Origin: Octopus sinensis
Taxonomy: Eukaryota
Assembly: GCF_006345805.1 (NCBI RefSeq)
Contig: NC_043001.1
Span: 126,418,001 to 126,482,000 of the forward strand
Direction of reading: 5' to 3'
Length of the DNA: 64,000 bases
Below are positions 37,818 through 49,383 of this stretch, piece by piece (the first letter of the stretch is position 1; each line of letters starts with the position of its first letter). The position numbers and the translations under genes are program-made. The notes under the pieces are model-generated. The model did not search any database. It was not told the origin of the DNA and worked only from the letters and a program-made list of their open reading frames with translations.

Positions 37818-40258
37818 TGTATGTATGTATGTATGTATGTATGTATGTATGTGTATATATATTTGTATACACAAGTACGTATACGTATCTAATATACATG
37901 CCTATACATACATACATTCATACATGTATGTATATATGTATGTATAGGCATGTATATTAAATACGTGTACGTACTTATGTATGCAAATATATATATACAC
38001 ACATACATACAAATACATACATACATATATGTGTGTTTGAATAAATTCATGCAAACCTACATACAAAATGCATACATAATTACACACAGACAGATATATA
38101 CACACACACATACACACACACATACATATGTACATACAGACATACACACACACACTTATGTACATACACACATACATACATAAATACACACATACGTATA
38201 AATACGCATAAATATAAATATACGTACACAGATATATGTATATATGCATATATGTATGTACATATATATCTGCGTGTTTATGTATACATGGATATAGAAG
38301 ATATATACACATATGAATCTATGTGGTTGTGTACAAATGATAAGTTAATAGGTAATTAATGTTTTTCATATGAAGAGAGAGTTTAAACACTATACATTTC
38401 CAAGTAACAATTTCAGAAGGAAAAATGTATCATAAAATTACTGATGGGAATCAAAGCGTGTATTATGTTGGTAAAGATATAATCACATTTAAATGCCTAC
38501 ATATAACCACATGCATCCACATACACAAGCACACGCAGACACACACACACAGTATGTATATACTTGAGAATGTATGTGTGTATGCACTTGTATTGATGTA
38601 TGATTAGTGTGTGTATGTACTCAATTGTAATATGTCTCGTCATGTTAATATGTATGTGTATTAGCAAGTTTTTTTCCAGGGTATTTAATTAAAGACGTGA
38701 CTTTCCTTCTGTTTTCTACAACATCGTACGCTGCATTTTTAAATACTAGTTTATTTCTTACATTAACTCATTTTATCTTGCTCTTTAGATCTTAAGAATA
38801 TGTATTTATATTCCTTTTCTTTTTATATTCATTAGGATTCTTCCTCGAAGGGGAGAACAGGTTTGTAACAGAACAACTGAATTGCATCGTTGGAATTTTG
38901 TAACAACAATGATAAGTGTTACATGTTGAACTTTAGAAAAGTTTTTTTTAATATTTTTTGTGTTCCCCTTGCAGATTGTATTTATAAAATGTGTATAAGC
39001 CAATCTTGTTTTCATTGAAAATTCTAGTTTTTTGAGATTCTCAGATATTCATTGACAAAACGAAACACATTGATAATTATTATTATAAATGTGAAATTAT
39101 AATCTGAGTAGAGGAGCTTCAGGATTCGAAGCAGTTGTCCATAAGTATTCTTCTTGATTTTGGAAGAGATCTTTACCTCTTTGGGCAGCTAACCTTTACG
39201 ACTATATATGTCTTAAGTCTTTAATAAACTATATTTCAAATGCAATCTTCTGTTAGTTGACTTTGCAACTGCTACACCTATCAATCTGAATGAAACCAAC
39301 GAAGTGGTTGCCTCGAATTTCAGAGCAATAAGAGCAAAATCTCTCTCAAGTTACAAGCCGAACCATACTACTAACTAAGGAAAAAATTAACTAAAATGCT
39401 CCTACATAAGCATAAAGAAAAATCTCGATAAGCTGCACCTTCGATCATTGGCTTGCCAGATAGGTTTGCTAAACAAAGTAACAACAACCAGCCAATCGGA
39501 ACGTTTTGGAGGCATACTCGCTCTTGCATATAAATAAATTGCAACACTGAAGAAAAGTCGAAGGAAGCTCTTCAAGAGGTCGCAGGCAAATATTCATCAA
39601 ATCAAACTCTAGTGTGTTAAATAAAGGATACTTTATACAACGTAACGGTAGATCTCAAAAACGAGCTGACAGTGAACGAAATATTTTTGATCATAAGTCA
39701 TATATACTCTAAGGCTAAATAACAATATGAACAACACTAATAACAACATGTACCAGTAAATCACCTTACAAAATGTCCCTGAAATCTAAGAAGGTTGTCT
39801 TGAAATGGATAACGTAGTGGGTGATGTAGTCCTAGATACACTACGCCCGAATACAAAAGACAAGACGACATTTGGAATGCATTTTGGAGACAGGTATGGT
39901 CAATGTGAGTTAACATAAGTATAAAACAACCATAAAAACGTAGTTACAAACAACAACAACAACATTACAATAACACAAAATCAACTTAGAATCAATATCT
40001 GGTAAGAACTACCAATGTATTAATGCGTAGATGCTTCACAAAAGGAACCTATTAACACATTTCTGTTACAGCCATCCACTCACCATATTTATTGTGATCA
40101 ATAGTCAATGAGAACGAATAAACAGTGAATAAATTCAGTTAACTACGATATATAAAATACCTCCAATTTTACGGATGAATAACTAGACCAATAGCAATAG
40201 CGTCATTGGACAGTGAAACGTCGAAACAATGCAATATGTGTGTGTGTGTATGTGCATA

Positions 40259-40292
<34 letters not shown>

Positions 40293-40321
40293 GTATGTGT
40301 ATATATATACATATATATATA

Positions 40322-40395
<74 letters not shown>

Positions 40396-40499
40396 TATAT
40401 ATATATATATTTATATATATAATATATATATATATATATATTTTACCTCCTAACTTTTACTCCCTCCCCTCACTTAGCAGTCATTTAAATAGCTCTTTT

Positions 40500-40655
40500 G
40501 TCTTAATAGCGGTCAATCACACAGTAATTTCCCTTTGTTTAACGGTCATTTTTCATAGCAATTTTACGATGGCCGGATAACTGAAGAGTTGGTGGCGTGG
40601 ATTTCCACATCCGAAACTCAGAGTTTTATCTTGGCTACCGAATAATTGTCACATA
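40500..40655 (+). mobile_element. Solo pLTR of a related Naiad-type PLE subfamily, with hammerhead core CTGAAGA
   Basis: Homologous to 16320-16470. Motif GCCGGATAA-CTGAAGA...GTGGATTTCCAC..C-GAAA-CTCAGAG-TT-TTATCTTGGC at 40572-40635. Ends in (TA)n. Confidence 0.75.
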
Positions 40656-40659
40656 TTAC

Positions 40660-40722
<63 letters not shown>

Positions 40723-40726
<4 letters not shown>

Positions 40727-41058
40727 AAATTTTATGTGACAATTATTCGGTAGCCAAGATAAAACTCTGAGTTTCGGATGCCGAGGTGGAAATCCACAAC
40801 ACCATCTCTTCGGTTATCTGGCCATTTGAAAAACGCTATGAAAAAAGACCGTTATACAAAGGTCTTTTTTCATAGCGTTTTTCAGATGGCCAGATAACCA
40901 TGAGATGGTGTTGTGGATTTCCACCTCGGCATCCGAAACTCAGAGTTTTATCTTGGCTACCGAATAATTGTCACATAAAATTTTACAGATAAATTTCCTC
41001 TATTTACATAATATTGAGGTCTCTTTCTTTCTTTTGTTATCTTACCGTTTTTACCAAT
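40723..41058. mobile_element. pLTR-only foldback PLE derivative (two ~127-bp arms, 10-nt spacer, 70-bp extension)
   Basis: 40723-40850 is the reverse complement of 40861-40987. Hammerhead-like motifs lie at 40753-40822 (-) and 40889-40957 (+). Extension 40988-41058 matches 16475-16544. Confidence 0.85.
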
Positions 41059-42613
41059 ATATATATATATTTATATATAGTCAGTAACTGCGAGGATATA
41101 TTAATCTCTTAAAAGGATGATTTGATCCAAGTTACTCTGGTTTAATACCTTATATTGTTGAGAAATATCTCTTCAATATAAATAGGTATATTGTAAATAT
41201 ATTATAAAGTAAGAAAAGGTAGAATTTAAATGGATACAAATTAATCAATTAACATCTTACTATAATGGTTGTTACGTCCGTCTATCTCTCAGTCTGTCTG
41301 TCTCTCTGTCTGTTTCCTCTTCACGGTCAAACGGCTAGACCATTGGTCATGATGATTTTCGGGATTACGAAGGAAGTAATCAAGAAGGTCTTTTGTGGAA
41401 AAACAAAAAATGTGGAAAAAGTATGATTATTTAGTGGATAATCGCCTTTGATTTTTTTGTTAAAATTCCGGTGACGAGGATTAACTCTGGATTTCTCCCA
41501 CTCCATATAGTTTGTGAATTTAGAAGGTTTAGATTTGCGACATCCCTTTATTTCCCATCGTAGATAGGTAGATTTGCGTTATATAATGTGCGTTATATTG
41601 GTAGAACAGTAAGAGTATCTGATTAGATGCCTTGTGATATCTATTACAGGTCTGTGCCTCCTTTCTGACAGCAGCGCCGGCATCAATACTAGTGCCGTGC
41701 TGTATTGGCTTTCAAGTGGAAGCCTTTGTTTTAGACGACCTCGATGGCGTGGAAGTATTGCCAGCCCTATCTATTCCAGCGCATGCATATACAGATACAT
41801 GGTCAAAGTTGACCGACAGAGGTTCGAGAAAATAACTGGCACCAAGGTATTGTTAAATGACTTATGGAGCTGTAATTACGCAACTGATGTAAGTAATATA
41901 TTGTTAGAGACGTAGGAGAAACTATTTTTGCTAGAAATATAACCAAGAAACATTATGTTATAGTAAATATTCTCTTGAGAAAAAAGAAAGCATGTACTTT
42001 TGAAGTTGAGCAATATAAAAGTACCTATTGACATTTTGTAACCACATTTCTTTTAACAATACATCGATCACGTTGCAAATATATTTGTGTGAATATAATG
42101 AAAGAGCCAGTAACACAATTTAAACACTTATAAAAGAAACCAGAGCATTAAGAATTACAATAAAGCCTTTATCTAAAGGGCTGTTAGCAAAAGTACCAGT
42201 GAGGAGGTTCTGAAACATTCTAAAAGTGATTAGAACAGAAATTGACTCCACTAATATCATTAGTTCCTGCAACAATGCCGCAAATTAGTGGCAAAAGTCA
42301 ACACTTTGACCCTCCGAATCATTGTAATGGCTTATGATTCAACCACGCTTGGGCAATAAAGGCTAAATTGTAAGATGAACAAAGGAGTGATGAGCACTAA
42401 CTGTTACAGTATGTTTACGCCACTCTCTGTGTATACGTTCGTAACGACACATAATCACGCACTTATAAGTGAACACACACATGCACACATACATAGGAAC
42501 ACTTTTGCCCACACAAATATGAGCGTTTTTATGTGTAAGGGAAAATGCGATATATCAACTACTGCGATATATCAACTAAAATCAGACTGGAAATCCACTT
42601 TCTCTTCACCATT

Positions 42614-42688
<75 letters not shown>

Positions 42689-42897
42689 GTGTCAGTTTAT
42701 GCGTGTATGTCCATGAATGAGTGTGACGTGTGTGCATGCGCGTAAATATGCGTATGTGTATGTATATATGTACATAATATATAGATATTCAATGTATATC
42801 ATATACTTATAAAGCATGTATATACATTGATTGTATATGTGTGTTGGCATCTGTGCGTGCGTGTGTATGTATGTGTGTGTTTGTGTGTTTGCACTGG

Positions 42898-42932
<35 letters not shown>

Positions 42933-43504
42933 ACTACAGAAGCAAGACAAAAGACTGGTCTATTCATGAAGTTTCTCTGGTTTCTCTGTGCTTCAGATAT
43001 CGCATTCTTCAGCCTTTCTATGTATAGACTAATCGTATACATAAATATATTTTATGCTTTCATTATTTTCTTCTTCCCACATTTTCCTAATATTGTTTTG
43101 AGAAGGCAGTTTTGTTTAACTCCAGCTCAGCATTGATAGAATAATACTATGGTGGGAGTTATTACAGCCGTATCTATCCCTTAATGTTTTAGGGACTATG
43201 TTGAATTACATTACCAAACATGGTATATCCAATGTAATATATTGTTCAATGGTGTTCATTAATGTATTTTGCGCATGTGAATAGTTTGTACGCTTTGCTT
43301 ATGTATGTATATATATGTATATACGTATTTTTATATGTATATATACATACATATATATATATATATATATATGTATGTATATGTATATGTATATTTATAT
43401 GTATATGTATATTTGGATACTTTATTGTTTATTTGTTTGTATATATTAAGTAATACGTGCAGCATGTTTAGTATATTAATATTATTATTATAACTTTAAA
43501 GTTA

Positions 43505-43651
43505 ATTATAACCTCTGAAGAGGCTTATGGTTCTTTTAAGATATAAGTATTATATTTTTTTCAATGCCTACAACCCTAGTATGTTGACATCTATAGGCAA
43601 TGAAAATTAGATTCACCTTTGACCAAGGCTGAAACAGCTGTAAGAAGTAAT
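43505..43651 (+). ncRNA. Type I hammerhead-like motif, design 3 (long stem II, palindromic stem III)
   Basis: CTGAAGA at 43515-21; GGCTT/AAGGCT stem with inner TGCCTA/TAGGCA hairpin; GAAA at 43631-34; ACAGCTGT palindrome; GTA site. Confidence 0.55.
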
Positions 43652-43833
43652 TTCTGGATTTCAATAATTTATAATGTGACTTTCAAAATCTGTATTTGTA
43701 TTATTATCTTATCTATTCATTTATATAATATCTTGTATGCTTTTAATGTTCTCATTTGTAAAATTAATAAATAATCTAACATTATAATATCCGTAAGTTG
43801 ATGAACAAGATAAATTTTTTTCTCCATGTTCTG

Positions 43834-43865
<32 letters not shown>

Positions 43866-43870
43866 TATAT

Positions 43871-43938
43871 ATGGCACAACGAAGTACCGATATTTACTGG
43901 AAAATAGCGAACGTAATTTCGGTACTTCGTTGTGCCAT
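43871..43938. other. 68-nt hairpin with a perfect 20-bp stem
   Basis: ATGGCACAACGAAGTACCGA (43871-90) / TCGGTACTTCGTTGTGCCAT (43919-38). Confidence 0.85.
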
Positions 43939-44084
43939 TTATTTACTTTTATGTATAATTTTCCCCCATGGGCTATCCTTTACTGGAAAGCAATACACTC
44001 GTATTGCATTACTATTTTCATATATATAATATATATATATTAATATATATATATAATATATATAATATATATATATTATATATA

Positions 44085-44205
<121 letters not shown>

Positions 44206-44206
44206 C

Positions 44207-44370
44207 CGACGGGCTTCCTTTAGTTTTCGTCTACCAAATTCACTCACAAGGCTTCGGTCGGCCCGATGTTATAGTAGAAAACACTTGCCCAAAGTGCTGT
44301 GCAGTGGAACTGAACCCGGAACCATGTGGTTGGTAAACAAACTTCATACCACACAGCCACGCCCTCGCTT
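44207..44370 (-). mobile_element. SINE family A, 5' half
   Basis: Homologous to 215-382. Confidence 0.75.
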
Positions 44371-44399
44371 AAGTGAAATTGTTTATAACTTTTTCATTA

Positions 44400-44700
44400 A
44401 GATAATTAATAAACACAATGCCTTTTGCATCTCTTTCTTTGCTGATGAAATGACGTTGGCTTTCTTTGGATCAGGTGATTTGAGATGTTTCCACTGCATG
44501 GGTCATCTTGTAGAGTCTCCCTTCTCCTGCTAAATTCAGCTGCCCACTTTTGCACTGTTGATAAAGCTTGAGCGTCATCGCCTGATCTGGCAACCATGTC
44601 AGCATGATTGTGCTCGGGTGTTAAAATCCTTTCCCTGCAGGTACTTCATAACACCGCGATGTCAAATTTTGTCGATTTTCTAGAGAAGTGGTTACCAGTA
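44400..44700 (-). mobile_element. Mariner transposase N-terminal fragment
   Basis: HRGVMKYLQ...HADMVARSGDDAQALSTVQKWAAEFSRRRETLQDDPCSG matches the mariner HTH region. Confidence 0.75.
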
Positions 44701-44889
44701 ACATCTGAAGTGTTCTTTGAACAGTTAGATGTCAGTTTACATGGCAGTATACAATGCAATTATTAACAAGAAAAGCTAAAACGAATACATGCAAGATTTC
44801 ACAGCTCTAGCATCACACCTTCATAGTCATAGCTTATGAAATCTCCAGCCTACCCTCTTGCGTGTCTGTGTACGCGCGTATATATATAT

Positions 44890-45060
44890 AGGGAGAATTC
44901 ACAAAAAACAAACGACGAAGACAGATACTGTAGACAACAAACAGATGTATTAGCTTAATGCTCGGGAAGTAAAAAAGTCTTTAACGTTTCGAGCCTACGC
45001 TCTTCCACAGAAAGAAACAAGGAGAGAAAATAAAGTATGTGTAGTGGCTAGCGATCTATC
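44890..45060 (-). mobile_element. Solo PLE tail with design-2 hammerhead-like motif
   Basis: Minus strand TCTTT-CTGTGGA-A-GAGCGTAGGCTC-GAAACGTT-AAAGA. The tail ends in (TA)n. Confidence 0.65.
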
Positions 45061-45169
45061 ATGGCGAAATATATATAGATACATACATACATTCATACAT
45101 ACATACACACACATACATATATACATGTATACACGCACACACATACTTAAATAAAGATGTATATATGAG

Positions 45170-45390
45170 TGTCTTTGTGTCACTGATTGTCTCCCGCCAC
45201 CGAACCACCGATTGACAATCAGTGTTGATGAGTTTATGTCTCCATAACATAGTGGTTCGGCAAATGGGAACGATAGAATAGGTATCAGGCTTTTAAAAAA
45301 TTGTACTGGGTTCGATTCTTGAGGTTAAAATTCTTCAAGGCGGTGCCTCCGCATAGTCGCAGTCTGTTGACTCAAAAAGTAAAGGATCGT
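45170..45390 (+). mobile_element. SINE family A tail half
   Basis: TTGACAA..GTGTTG..TTTATGT...GGTTCGGCAAA..GATAGAATAGG...TTCAAGGCGGTGC..CGCAGTC. Follows a (TG/TA) microsatellite. Confidence 0.55.
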
Positions 45391-45602
45391 GGAATGTACG
45401 ATGTCGTGTTTTATGACTGAAGTAAAACCTCTTTAGCGAAAATGTTTTATAAGCACACTGTTTTATTTATTGGAATGAGACGCCATTGTTGCGGTAGTGA
45501 CTTACAAAAACGAGAAACACGTTTTCTCGCACTTGGGTGTGGGGTTTCAATACCCTACACACCTATGTGAAATATCAGGGCAAAATTTGAGCCTCGATAT
45601 AA

Positions 45603-45679
45603 GCCGGCAAGTTTCCGTCATACTAGTGAGTGTATTATTCTACATAATACACTCACTAGTATTACGAAAACTTGCCGGC
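45603..45679. other. 77-nt hairpin with a 35-bp stem, 2 mismatches and a 7-nt loop
   Basis: GCCGGCAAGTTTCCGTCATACTAGTGAGTGTATTA / TAATACACTCACTAGTATTACGAAAACTTGCCGGC. Confidence 0.85.
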
Positions 45680-46033
45680 CTTTAAAAGATAAAAATCGGT
45701 GAACGCAATTGAAATAGCATTAAGACAAAAGGTGATTTTGCTTGGGAAGGGAGCATTTTTATTAATTAAATGATATGATTTATGGCATTTGAAATCTTCA
45801 TAATCAAAGGATTCCTTATTCTCACTTCAGATAGCTGAGTATGATCTCTGAAACGTCTTTAATAATCTTTTCAAAATTTATCATCCATCGCTACACTTCA
45901 GTGACGTGTGATTATTTCTACATCTCAATTAAAATTGTATGTGCGTTCATACATACATACATACATAAATACATACATACATACATACATACATACACAA
46001 ACGTACAAATATATATACTTACACACACACATA

Positions 46034-46102
<69 letters not shown>

Positions 46103-46602
46103 TATATATATAATACATATATATGTTTGTATTTATGTGCATACATATACACACATACATATATATATACGTACATACACACGCATCACATAGATGTGCA
46201 CACACACGCACACACTCACACAAACACATTGACAAAAATACAGATGATACAAGGCAATCCGTTTTCAGAACAAAACACAAAACAAACAACGAAAAAAACC
46301 CCAGAAAAGATAAAAGGTGAGTTTTCAAGGTGAGGGAGCATTTCATTAATTAAACGCTAAGATTTATGGCATATGAAAACTTCGTAATCAAAAGATTTCT
46401 CATTCTCATATGAGATAGGCTGAATATGGCTTTGTAAAATGTCTTTAATACTTTATGAAAGAATGGTTGGTAAGGCATCAGTGCGTGACGATGGATTGTG
46501 TATCAGTATATATATATACATGCATGTATGTACATACATACGCACATAGACACACCACGTGCACACATATGCACACACACATACACACCTATACACATGC
46601 AT

Positions 46603-46635
<33 letters not shown>

Positions 46636-46649
46636 TATATATATAATAC

Positions 46650-46721
<72 letters not shown>

Positions 46722-46728
46722 ATATAGG

Positions 46729-47006
46729 GTTTAGCAACAAGTTGCTTCACCACATACCGAAAATTTACAAATAGCAGCCAAAAGACCGCTATTTCTTTTT
46801 TCTACAAAATATGTCTCCACAGATAACAATAGTTGTAACTCACATAGGTAAAAAGAAGAAAAATAATGAAATCAAACAGTCTTCGATTAATTATGGAGGC
46901 GTTTCTGGATTAGAATTATAAAAATTCATTTCCTTTGTCAACATAATATTCTTTTGGCTGCTATTTCTAAATTTTCGGTATGTGGTGAAGCAACTTGTTG
47001 CTAAAC
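46729..47006. mobile_element. MITE with ~57-bp near-perfect TIRs (278 bp)
   Basis: GTTTAGCAACAAGTTGCTTCACCACATACCGAAAATTTACAAATAGCAGCCAAAAGA and its reverse complement, with 1 mismatch. TSD unclear. Confidence 0.75.
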
Positions 47007-47185
47007 GCTTAATTATTGTTATAATTATATATATAAAAAACTTTTATATATATAATTATTTTTTTATTTTTTTATGGAATATGATTCTTTTCCATACCGA
47101 AAACTACTTAGTAAAATTTATCAATTTATTAATCAATAAATTGATATATTTTAAATCAATAATTCTTTAACCTGTATCTGTAATG

Positions 47186-47272
<87 letters not shown>

Positions 47273-47280
47273 TACACACC

Positions 47281-48726
47281 CGCATCTGCGATCTAATTGG
47301 ACTTTTTCTCCTAGATACCTTAGGTAAGACATTCCCTAACGTACATTTCGCCATCTACAAAGATGATGCCCTCGCCTTAACAGCTAATACAAATGGACCA
47401 GCACAAGATCGTTTTAGGAAGGATATTATCCAGTTAATGAAATACTTCGGACTTAGTATAACTATAGATACTAACCTGACGGTTGTCAATTTCTTAGACG
47501 TTTCCTTAGATCTTAATAAGAATATTTATAAGCCTTATATGAAGCCCAATGATAGACTAAGTTATATTAATGTAGGTTCATGCCATCCCCCTATAGTATT
47601 CAAAAATTTAGTTAAAAATATTAGTAAGAGGATTTCTAGCCTCTCCTCTGATAAGGACATCTTCAATAGCGTTGCCCCAGTTTATAATAAGGCTTTAAAA
47701 GATAGTGGTTTTAGCGAAAAAATAAAATATACACCCATTACTAGCCCAACAGAAAGGAAAAGGAATAATAGAAATAGGAAGGTCATCTGGTTTACGCCCC
47801 CTTACTCACCCGAGGTGGCCTTCAATATAGGTAAATATTTCCTAGCACTGATAGATTGACATTTTCCAGTTAACCATACTTATAGGAAACTCTTCAATAG
47901 ACACAATTTAAAAATTACTTTTAGTTCCACTACCAATTTTAAAAACATAATCAAACATAACTTACAAAAAACACAACAAGAAAACAGCTGTTCATGCAGG
48001 AATAAAAAATTGTGCCCGCTAAATGGAGCTTGCATGTCCAAGACCATCATATATGAAGCTACCGTAAACTCTATAACCACTAAAGACACCGTTTCGACGA
48101 AGAAATACGTGGGCCTTACAGAGGGTAACTTCAAGGCCAGGTTCAATAACCACACTTTGAGCTTTAGGCACTGGAACAAAAGAAAAGCGACACAATTATC
48201 TAATCATATTTGGTCTTTAAGAGATAAAGGTGTCGATTATAACATACATTGGAAGATTTTGGCCAGATGTAAGCCCTATACCAACGGCAGCGGAAGGTGC
48301 GGTCTATGTGACATGGAGAGATGGCTTATCTGGAAAAGCAGCTTAGACCATACTACATGTCTAAACACAAGGACAGAACTTTCGGGTCATGCCCACACGT
48401 GACTAAATTTCTGTTACGTTTTTGGTCCCCTAAAGAAAACAGATAGAACATGCTTTCTATGTTATGTCCCAAGAAGATTTTATATATTTTTATATATTTT
48501 TTATATATTTTTTATGTATTTTTATATCATTTTTATGACGAAAAATGCGAGCGATGTATAAGTACGCAGGCAAGCAGAGTTATAACACAGTAATTTCCCT
48601 TTATATAACGGTATTTTTTCATAGCATTTTCAAATAGCCAGATAACCGAAGAGATGGTGTTGTGGATTTCCACTTCGGCATCTGAAACTCAGAGTTTTAT
48701 CTTGACTATCGAGTAATGTAACATAT

Positions 48727-48731
<5 letters not shown>
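47281..48731 (+). mobile_element. Second Naiad-type PLE copy, 5'-truncated within RT, flanked by (TA)n on both sides
   Basis: Highly similar to the 13.4-15.5 kb copy: IYKDD, VNFLDV, WFTPPYS, GIY-YIG and pLTR. One premature TGA at 47857-59 plus small indels. Confidence 0.9.
48637..48706 (+). ncRNA. Type I hammerhead-like motif, design 1
   Basis: GCCAGATAA-CCGAAGA-GATG...CATC-T-GAAA-CTCAGAG-TT-TTATCTTGAC. Confidence 0.6.
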
Positions 48732-48791
<60 letters not shown>

Positions 48792-49074
48792 GTTATTCAT
48801 GGGCCCCTCTATCGTTTAAATGATACATTCTCTTCAAATAACGTAATCTACATCAAGACCTGCAAATCGTAACGGTTCTGTCTACATGTGTGTGTGTGCT
48901 CGCACGCGCGTTCGTCTGTGCGTGTATGTGTGTGTGTGTGTTTGTATCCACGTACATAAGATATATCTTGTCTTTATCAAAAATATATTAAGATATATAC
49001 GCTCGTTATTTTCCCTAAATTCTGGATGGTTATTTTTCTTTGTGCTCCTATATTAGTTGGAACCATCATTGGTC

Positions 49075-49383
49075 TGAAACTTCATCGGTTACAACAACGA
49101 GTGTTCCAGCCAATCAACGGAACAGCTTGCTCGTGGAATTAACGTGCAAGTGGCTGAGAACTCCACGGACACAGACTCTCTTAACGTAGTTCACAGAGAA
49201 ATTCAGAGTGAAACAGAGTGCTATAAGACTAACCCTTTGAATTTACAAGCACAACTTATTTTTGCCAGTTGAGCGAACTGGAGCAGCGAGAACTAAAGTG
49301 TTTTGCTTGTGGACACAACGCATCGTCGGGAATCGAACTCACGACCCTACCATCGTGAGTCGAATATCCGAACCACGCGCCTT
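49075..49383 (-). mobile_element. SINE family D (head like family B, different body)
   Basis: Minus-strand head GTGGTTCGG...TCACGAT...GTTCGATTCCCG...GCGTTGTGTCC resembles family B, but the 3' body is unrelated to it. Confidence 0.65.

Noticed and set aside
40172-40222. CGGATGA...GAAACGTC motif
   Set aside because: Stem I does not pair and stem II needs a 3-nt bulge. Not counted.
47020-47160. Two short AT-only palindromes upstream of the PLE
   Set aside because: Low complexity. Such symmetry is common in TA-rich DNA.
47857-47859. In-frame TGA in a Naiad-type ORF as possible selenocysteine (reported for some Naiads)
   Set aside because: The other copies have AGA (Arg) at this position and all conserved Cys codons are TGY. 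The ATGAC at ~16275 does not form a convincing SECIS geometry.
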